NCBI GenBank assembly: GCA_965207885.1
Contig: OZ242311.1
Span: forward strand, 1,856,001 to 1,920,000
DNA length: 64,000 nt
DNA from: Candidatus Latescibacterota bacterium
GTDB taxonomy: Bacteria; Latescibacterota; UBA2968
Direction of reading: 5' to 3'
Positions 57,535-64,000 of the stretch are shown here, one piece after another (within the stretch, counting starts at the first letter, position 1; the number at the start of each line of letters is the position of its first letter). Both the position numbers and the translations under genes were made by a program. A model generated the notes under the pieces. It had not been told where the DNA came from. It saw only the letters and a list, made by a program, of their open reading frames with translations, and did not search any database.

Positions 57535-59091
57535 TCAACGCGGCAAGTCTCTGAAGCCCGACGCCCCGGGTGCGCCGCCACCCAGATATCCCCCACTGGA
57601 CCCCAACCGGTCAGAGGTGACCCAGAAAGCGTAAAGACTGCCATTGCTAAGGCGAAACTGGAAACGCACCTCCCGGTTCGAAATCGCCGACAGATCAGTC
57701 GCTCTTCCCCAGGACACCGCCTGGCAGGTGCCATCCTCCCGAAGGGGCGTGCAGTTCTCGAAAGTGAATGGCGCGATGATTTTTCCACTTTTGTCCAGAA
57801 CCTGCACCCGGAGTTCTCCGACATCCACAACGGCATTTACAAACAGGAATTTGCCGTCAAACCGCACCGGCCTTGTCGTGAGTTCCCCAGTATCACTGTC
57901 CGCTTCCATAGCGGCAAATCCATCTCGCCGCATCATCGCCAGACCCATAGACATCGTTTCCAGCCGCGTCTCACCCTCTCCGTAGTTTCGCCCACTTACG
58001 TAAAAATAGAGCTGATCTCCCACAACGAGACAACAACCACCCGCCGACTGCACATTTCCCCAGTTCCAATTTGTTTTTCCATCTGAAATGCCCATCATCG
58101 CCTCGCGGCAGGGGCGATCCCAATGGAACCCATCCCGGCTGAATCCAAACAGCACCTCATTGATTTTGGGGCGATCCGCAGGCTGGTAACGCCAGATGCT
58201 GAACAGACCGAGCATAATGCTCTCATAGGCCACCGCATCCAGATTGTACAATTCGGGCTGAATATCGGGTGCCAACTCGTGGTGCCCGTCCAACCGGTCC
58301 GCACCGATCCACCAGGTAGGCTCCCCATTGCGCCAGGCCGCCCCCGCAACAAAATCGGAATGCTCCCGGTATCTGCGCGACCTTCTCAGAGGATTCTCCG
58401 GATACGAGGACCGGCCAGACCCCCTGATATGGTCCCGAATGCTGTAAACCCACACCTTTCGGAACGGATTGTAAAACATCGTACTGCGATCACCAGTTGT
58501 TCCAGTCCATGCTTTGAAGTCCCATTTCAGCCCATCCGGGGACAGGTAAACAGAAGCTCGCCACGGATCCCGGTGGAAAACGAACATCTTGTAGCGGGCA
58601 TCCGCACCCTCACAGTCCGGATCGGGCCAGACCGTAGATGAATCGCGGCTACCAGACAGACAAATGATATTCGTCCCCGGCATAAAATCCAGTTCCGGGC
58701 GCTCCCAGTGCATCCCATCCTCGGAAATGGCGATGCACGTCGTATTTCCCGCCCTGTACCACATCCGAAATATCTCCTCCTCGGCATCGTAGAAAATACC
58801 ATCGCTGAAAGCCATAGCAGTGGGACGACGAGAGGTAAATTCCCATCGCTTCTCGGGTTTGAGAATCGGATTTCCCGCCCAGTATTGCGGCCGGTGGAAA
58901 GTGCGCCGAAGCGTTGTGTTCTCGATCAGGAAGTCGTCGATGAATAACTGCCGTCCCAGGTCAATCGGTATCACCTCGGGAGGATTTTCCAGATAGGGCA
59001 CACGCATAGGTTCGAAAGCGAGAAGATCCTCTCGCGTGCGCCTCGGCGGCCAATCTTCAGAAAGCACAATACCATTATAGAGCGAACGCAT
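57535..59091 (-). CDS. Five-bladed beta-propeller glycoside hydrolase-like protein
   Basis: RQLFIDDFL, NPIL.PE..WE, FRMWY, SEDGMHW, SRDGFHW, RRDGF. Confidence 0.75.
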   Translation of the reverse strand: MRSLYNGIVLSEDWPPRRTREDLLAFEPMRVPYLENPPEVIPIDLGRQLFIDDFLIENTTLRRTFHRPQYWAGNPILKPEKRWEFTSRRPTAMAFSDGIFYDAEEEIFRMWYRAGNTTCIAISEDGMHWERPELDFMPGTNIICLSGSRDSSTVWPDPDCEGADARYKMFVFHRDPWRASVYLSPDGLKWDFKAWTGTTGDRSTMFYNPFRKVWVYSIRDHIRGSGRSSYPENPLRRSRRYREHSDFVAGAAWRNGEPTWWIGADRLDGHHELAPDIQPELYNLDAVAYESIMLGLFSIWRYQPADRPKINEVLFGFSRDGFHWDRPCREAMMGISDGKTNWNWGNVQSAGGCCLVVGDQLYFYVSGRNYGEGETRLETMSMGLAMMRRDGFAAMEADSDTGELTTRPVRFDGKFLFVNAVVDVGELRVQVLDKSGKIIAPFTFENCTPLREDGTCQAVSWGRATDLSAISNREVRFQFRLSNGSLYAFWVTSDRLGSSGGYLGGGAPGASGFRDLPR

Positions 59092-59139
59092 AAAGCGGTC
59101 TCCTTTTGTAGTTGCGACGCAGGGAAAACCCAACCGATC

Positions 59140-59895
59140 CTATTGCCAGTGGCTCAAATCTCTTCCCGTGATCTCCTGCAACGCCTCAATATCCTCCTGA
59201 AAAATTTTTCGCAGTGAGTCCCGCACCTCTTCTGAGATACCCTCAGCAATAATCTGATCTTCCGGCTGCGGTGCCTCCGGCGTGGGATAGTGCGTCACCT
59301 TATTCACCCGCTGATGCAAAATGGACGGCTGGAAATCCGAATCCACTTCCAGATACTCGAAAAGCCCACGCAAAAAGCCCGCTGGATCTGCTACGAGGTC
59401 CTCATAGAACATAATTCGCAGCCGTTCGCGCGAGGCGTATTGGAACAGACGCTTGAAATGCAGACTGTAGAGACTCGGCATCACCCACAGCCCAAACAAA
59501 CCATGTCCATGAGGATCCAGCACCCGCTCGAACTCCATCCGCTGGTCCGGCTGAAACCGGCGCTTATTCATATGTACCCAGCTCAAAAACGCGCGATCAA
59601 TCGGGTTGCGCACCGTTGCGGTCAACTTCACGCCGGGAAGATCCCGGACAATCCGCGCAATTGCAGGCTCGAATACCATATAGGAATTGCTCATCTCTCC
59701 CACTGCCTTCTCCCCGCACCAATCGTCGAAATAGGCCTCCTGATACCAATCCAGACCTTTGTGGTAATCAGCCACAAAAAAGTTCACATTATCCAGATGT
59801 AATGGCACATAGACATCTGGATGCTCTTGATAGACTCTCCACAACCACGACGAAGCGCACTTGGCAGCACCGACATGTATGAAATTGGGCAACAT
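59140..59895 (-). CDS. PAPS-dependent sulfotransferase
   Basis: PNFIHVGAAKCASSWL (5'-PSB loop), RNPIDRAFLS (3'-PB), YEDL. Confidence 0.88.
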   Translation of the reverse strand: MLPNFIHVGAAKCASSWLWRVYQEHPDVYVPLHLDNVNFFVADYHKGLDWYQEAYFDDWCGEKAVGEMSNSYMVFEPAIARIVRDLPGVKLTATVRNPIDRAFLSWVHMNKRRFQPDQRMEFERVLDPHGHGLFGLWVMPSLYSLHFKRLFQYASRERLRIMFYEDLVADPAGFLRGLFEYLEVDSDFQPSILHQRVNKVTHYPTPEAPQPEDQIIAEGISEEVRDSLRKIFQEDIEALQEITGRDLSHWQ

Positions 59896-59948
59896 ATTCT
59901 CCTCCCTGTATTTCAACTGCACACACGCACATTATAACCTGAATAATC

Positions 59949-61448
59949 TTATCCAGATCCTCCATCGCGAAACCGCAGCGAATAGAGACCCACATTCTTG
60001 AGGTAGAAGCGGAGGAACACAGGCATGCCCACGAGTTCGGCCATATCCTGCTTGTTTTTCCACGTCACTTTGTGCTCGACAAGGTCAACAGCCTGTGTGG
60101 TGCAGTCGGCAAGAGTGAACCCGGGCACGGGACTCGGGGCACTGCTCTCACCGAAACGCAGCACTTCGACAGCGAATTCGGGCGGAACAATCGCCGTGGT
60201 CGGATCGCTGTTATAACCGTCGGCCACGGTCGTATTGACGATCAGTTCCGGTGCAGCAACAACCATTTCGCGGGTAAGCAGAAAGCCTCCCGTGTGCGCA
60301 CCCATCTGCGCGACGAATCGATCCTGGAGGAATTGCGCCCGGCCGATGCCCGAGACATTGTTCCTGTTGCCCTGTGCTTGGCCGTGGCGGGATCCGCGAT
60401 AGTAGATAAAATCCGTATTTCCCATGCGCACAATGCCTCCGGCCCCCGAGGTAGAACCCGAGTCAAAGGCGTCGGATCCGCCATGGGGAAGATATACAGA
60501 CCGGTCGGGCAGCATATTCCAGTGCAGGCCATCGCTGCTAAACGCCAGATGCAGATGGAAGGCCATGTGCGGCGGAGGCCCCATCATTCCGACAAAACCG
60601 ATAAAATGGCTGCCTACCCGAGAAACCACCATGTGGTCGATATCCGGATCATCTACTTCTTCCGGCCACATCACCACCCGGGGCTGGCCAAAATCATACG
60701 GCGTCTCCCCGACCATCACCGCTGTCCGGCGCTTGAAGTTGTGTTCCGTCGGTCCACCCGGCACATCCCCAACGCCAGCGGTACACACGGGCCGCCCGAA
60801 CATCAGCCAGCGCTCCCGAACAGGGTCGAACACCATGTTTTGCCATGTATCCCGCAGACCGATGAAAGCCGGGTTCGACGGGTCCTCCCGCCAGTGAATC
60901 CCATCATCCGAATAAGCCAGACACAGACATCCATAGCCCTCGGCCAGATTGTCCTTGTAAGTCATCAGAAAACGGCTCTGCTGCACGCCACCGAGGGGGT
61001 TCCACATCACGCGCACCCCCTGGGCCTTTTGCTGTCCCGTAACCACCACATTGGTCCTCTCATATTGTCCGTACGGCTTGCCCTCCAGCATCGGCTTGTC
61101 CCAGTGCACCCCGTCCAGGCTCTCGGCATAGCAGACAAAATAGGGATACCCATCCCGCTCCGCCTGCCAGTCTTTGAAGCGGAACTGGTGCATCCACGCG
61201 TTCCAATCGGTCCCGGCGTACCACATGCGGAACACGCCAGCTTCGTCGTCGTAAATCACATTTTGCTGACCCACCGAATCTTCCCACGGCCTGTCGGGCA
61301 TGAGCACGGGGTTGTGCGGATCCTTAATCGGCACATTCAGCACACGACTTACCCCCCAGAGGTCTTCCACCGTGGCATTGTCGATCAGCAATACGGTTTC
61401 CGTACCAACCTCAAGTGGCTCTCCTGCGCAGTAGGATTCCAGATTCAT
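59949..61448 (-). CDS. Five-bladed beta-propeller glycoside hydrolase-like protein (paralog of 57535-59091)
   Basis: NPVL.PD.PWE, FRMWY, SLDGVHW, SDDGIHW, SSDGLHW. Confidence 0.75.
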   Translation of the reverse strand: MNLESYCAGEPLEVGTETVLLIDNATVEDLWGVSRVLNVPIKDPHNPVLMPDRPWEDSVGQQNVIYDDEAGVFRMWYAGTDWNAWMHQFRFKDWQAERDGYPYFVCYAESLDGVHWDKPMLEGKPYGQYERTNVVVTGQQKAQGVRVMWNPLGGVQQSRFLMTYKDNLAEGYGCLCLAYSDDGIHWREDPSNPAFIGLRDTWQNMVFDPVRERWLMFGRPVCTAGVGDVPGGPTEHNFKRRTAVMVGETPYDFGQPRVVMWPEEVDDPDIDHMVVSRVGSHFIGFVGMMGPPPHMAFHLHLAFSSDGLHWNMLPDRSVYLPHGGSDAFDSGSTSGAGGIVRMGNTDFIYYRGSRHGQAQGNRNNVSGIGRAQFLQDRFVAQMGAHTGGFLLTREMVVAAPELIVNTTVADGYNSDPTTAIVPPEFAVEVLRFGESSAPSPVPGFTLADCTTQAVDLVEHKVTWKNKQDMAELVGMPVFLRFYLKNVGLYSLRFRDGGSG

Positions 61449-61460
61449 GTCACAACTCCT

Positions 61461-62801
61461 TTAATCAAAAGGCTGCTCTGAGTGATAAATCTCCCGATCC
61501 GCCTCCAACAGAAACGTGCCATCTGGCTGTTTAATCCACTGTGAAACATCGGGATGTCCTTCTCTATTCGGCACAGACCCCATCAAAATAGGATCCTCTG
61601 TCTCCTTGAGAAACGCGGCTAATTGCCGCTCCAAATCACCGCGAACCTTTGAAAAACGCGGATCATCTGCAACATTGTTCAACTCATGCGGATCGTCTTC
61701 CAAACTGTAAAGCTCCAAATCCGGTGCCGGTTTTGAAAAAAGCGCCTGAACAACCTCTCGCCTGTTCTGGAAACGATTCACCCACCCATTATCGACATAA
61801 TTTGGCACCCGCGCAAAATTGCGAATCAGCTTGAACTGATCCGACCGAACACATCTCATCGGCGTGTAATACCAGTTCCCAGCACGCCGCCCCCAGGTCT
61901 GCTCGCTAAACACCACAGACCGACCAGCCCAACCCGCACCGGAAAACAAGCCTCGAAAACTCCGACCCAGAATACCTTCCGGCTTCTCCAGACCGCACAA
62001 ATCCATCAACGTCGGCAGCAGATCCAGGTTGCTAATCAAATCACCATACACAGTTCCAGCGGCAACCTCAGATGGGTATCTCATAAGCAGCGTCGTACGG
62101 ATACCCGCATCGTAAAGCGTGTGTTTTGCCCGCGCAGTCGCCACACCGTGTTCGGTAGTAAACACCACAACGGTCTCATCGGCCAGCCCACTATCATCAA
62201 GAGCATTCAGAATCCGCCCCACTTTTTTATCCAACGCCCCAATCTGCCGACACAATGTCGCGAGATCGTTACGTACCTCCGAACAATCGGGCAGATCCGG
62301 AGGCACAACCATTCTCTCCGCAAGGTCTGGATCGTAATCCAGGCCAAAAGGTCTATGCACCTCCGAGAAAGAGACCTGCAAAAAAAAGGAACGCTCGATA
62401 GACGGTGCTTCTTCTCGCAAAAAACGCTCTGCCAGCACTTCCACACCAGCCTTCCCCTCTATCACATGCGAAAAACCCGCCCAGGATGGATCATTCAAAA
62501 TCATCAACCGGTTGCTCAGCACCGTCTCATAGCCCGCATCCCGAAAATAACGCGCCATGCACACAGCATCATCCGCATAGGGAAATTGTCCACACACACC
62601 GATCATATGCGGCATCTGGCTGCAATACAAGCCAACGCGACTGGGAATACAAATGGGTGCCGTCGCGATAAATTGCGAAAACCGGGCACCCTGAAAAGCC
62701 AACCGATCCAAATTTGGCGTTCGCACATCGGGCCGGTCATAACAACCGAGCCAATCGCCCAAATCGTGACAGTCAATAAACACAACATTGGGTTGTTTCA
62801 T
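61461..62801 (-). CDS. Sulfatase (sulfamidase-like)
   Basis: PNVVFIDCHDLG, CIPSR, HRPF, RAKHTLYDAG. Confidence 0.9.
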   Translation of the reverse strand: MKQPNVVFIDCHDLGDWLGCYDRPDVRTPNLDRLAFQGARFSQFIATAPICIPSRVGLYCSQMPHMIGVCGQFPYADDAVCMARYFRDAGYETVLSNRLMILNDPSWAGFSHVIEGKAGVEVLAERFLREEAPSIERSFFLQVSFSEVHRPFGLDYDPDLAERMVVPPDLPDCSEVRNDLATLCRQIGALDKKVGRILNALDDSGLADETVVVFTTEHGVATARAKHTLYDAGIRTTLLMRYPSEVAAGTVYGDLISNLDLLPTLMDLCGLEKPEGILGRSFRGLFSGAGWAGRSVVFSEQTWGRRAGNWYYTPMRCVRSDQFKLIRNFARVPNYVDNGWVNRFQNRREVVQALFSKPAPDLELYSLEDDPHELNNVADDPRFSKVRGDLERQLAAFLKETEDPILMGSVPNREGHPDVSQWIKQPDGTFLLEADREIYHSEQPFD

Positions 62802-62952
62802 ATCCTGGTTCCTCTATCTCATCAAAGACCTGAAATTGCCACATCGCACATCTTGTGGAAACAAAATGTGGGCAACCAGTATCACAGTTTTCAGGTTGTC
62901 ACATTAACTCTGGTATAGACACATAATAATATAAGCCTTTTGTGTAATAATA

Positions 62953-62995
62953 TTGACAAAAAATTATAAATAGATATACTTTGACACATGTCAAA
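62953..62995 (+). promoter_or_regulatory. sigma70 promoter and operator palindrome of abiEi-like gene
   Basis: TTGACA-N16-TATACT, 7 nt to ATG; TTTGACA-CA-TGTCAAA overlaps the start codon. Confidence 0.65.
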
Positions 62996-63593
62996 AAATT
63001 CACCTGAAAATCAAGTCCTGGAACTGGCACAGCAAGGTCTCTTGAGAGTTTGCGATCTGACATCTCGGGGCCTTCATCCCGAATATCTGCGTCGGCTGTA
63101 TCAGAAAGGACTGGTGAGACGGGAAGGAAGAGGCCTGTACATTGCAGCCGATGCCGAGATTTCGGTACATTATGGGCTGGCGCGAGTAGCAAAGCGCATT
63201 CCCCACGGGGTGATCTGTCTGCTGTCAGCTTTGAGCTTCCACGAAATCGGCACACAGCTACCGCATCAGGTCTGGATGGCCATTGACCGCAGAGCAGCCA
63301 GGCCAAAGATGCAATTTCCGCCTCTAAGGGTGATGAGATTCTCCGGTGCTGCACTGACTGAAGGAGTCGAGACATATCAGATTGAAGGCGTTCCCGTTCA
63401 GATTTTTAACCCCGCCAAAACAGTTGCAGACTGCTTCAAATACCGCAACAAAATCGGCCTGGACATCGCTCTTGAAGCGTTGAAAGAATGCATCCGCGAC
63501 CGTCGCACCACAATGGACGACCTCTGGCACTTCGCAAAGGTCTGTCGAATGACCAATGTGATGCGGCCTTATATGGAAGCTATCGTGGCCTGA
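62988..63593 (+). CDS. Type IV TA antitoxin AbiEi family (orphan)
   Basis: wHTH 'L.RL..KGLVRREGRGLY', ICLLSALSFHEIGTQLP, KTVADCFKYRNKIG. Confidence 0.85.
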   Translation: MSKNSPENQVLELAQQGLLRVCDLTSRGLHPEYLRRLYQKGLVRREGRGLYIAADAEISVHYGLARVAKRIPHGVICLLSALSFHEIGTQLPHQVWMAIDRRAARPKMQFPPLRVMRFSGAALTEGVETYQIEGVPVQIFNPAKTVADCFKYRNKIGLDIALEALKECIRDRRTTMDDLWHFAKVCRMTNVMRPYMEAIVA

Positions 63594-63840
63594 AAAGAGC
63601 GCGTCCCAAAAACCAGCATAACGGGTTAGCGGTCAGTCAGCAGTTAGCAAAACAAATAACATAAGGCCTTGTGGCGATTGGGGGTGCTGATCGCTGAAAG
63701 CTGATGGCTTCCCGGCATGACAAAAACGCCAGACATGCGTAACATCGCTTACTGGCTGGTGTTACGCAGTCGTGCTAAAATAGGCTTTACAAGAGAAAAT
63801 TTTTTTGTAAGTTGACACAAACGTATGTATAAGAGGAAAC

Positions 63841-64000
63841 ATGAAACGCAAAAACTTTTACAGAGAAGGGTCGCTCGCTGTTGTGTTTCTCGCCCTGCTT
63901 CTGATGGCGGGGCCTGCCTCTGCACAAACCCCAACCGCGGCAGACACCGACTTTGACGGCAATGGCGTTGTGGATTTTGCCGACTTTTTGGCGTTTGTAG
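63841..64000 (+). CDS. Secreted protein with dockerin/EF-hand-like motif (runs off window)
   Basis: MKRKNFY...LALLLMAGPASA signal peptide, then DTDFDGNGVVDFADFLAF; GAGG RBS. Confidence 0.75.
   Translation, partial: MKRKNFYREGSLAVVFLALLLMAGPASAQTPTAADTDFDGNGVVDFADFLAFV

Noticed and set aside
52905-61481. Long + strand ORFs (52905-54194, 55017-56360, 60072-61481) and similar antisense ORFs elsewhere
   Set aside because: Shadows of motif-bearing minus-strand genes; no motifs, and explained by codon bias.

Overview
Bacterial chromosomal window of about 50% GC. Its content suggests, by inference, a Candidatus Latescibacterota/Poribacteria-like organism: six sulfatases, six PhyH-type dioxygenases, a GWxTD-like TPR protein and a secreted protein with a dockerin-like DxDGxGxVDFxDF motif. 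The backbone is carbohydrate/sulfate-ester catabolism (1-19.4 kb, 39.3-45.4 kb, 52-62.8 kb). It is interrupted by two accessory regions. (1) About 20 kb (19.47-39.25 kb) lies between a TPP-enzyme gene and a convergent E1-beta gene. It is built from stacked modules, two of which begin with a diverged, still in-frame copy of the TPP gene's 3' end plus its terminator. The cargo is a PIN TA pair, a GWxTD protein, two IS3 elements, a repeat-rich membrane protein, a HEPN-motif protein and the standout locus, a candidate new RiPP/signalling system. That system has a 61-aa single-Cys precursor with a SCIFF/QhpC-like leader and an Asp-rich tail, an RRE-radical SAM-SPASM maturase, a methyltransferase and a stand-alone AraC. 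It has a perfect sigma54 -24/-12 promoter with three TGTA-N10-TACA boxes upstream, and it lies directly downstream of a 1599-aa Ser/Thr kinase-STAND ATPase-TPR-GAF-sigma54 activator. (2) A mosaic patch after tRNA-Val(GAC) carries TA genes and relics, and a 111-bp promoter/leader reused in front of two unrelated genes. No CRISPR, rRNA or integrase was seen. All calls rest on motif reading by eye; no database searches were run.
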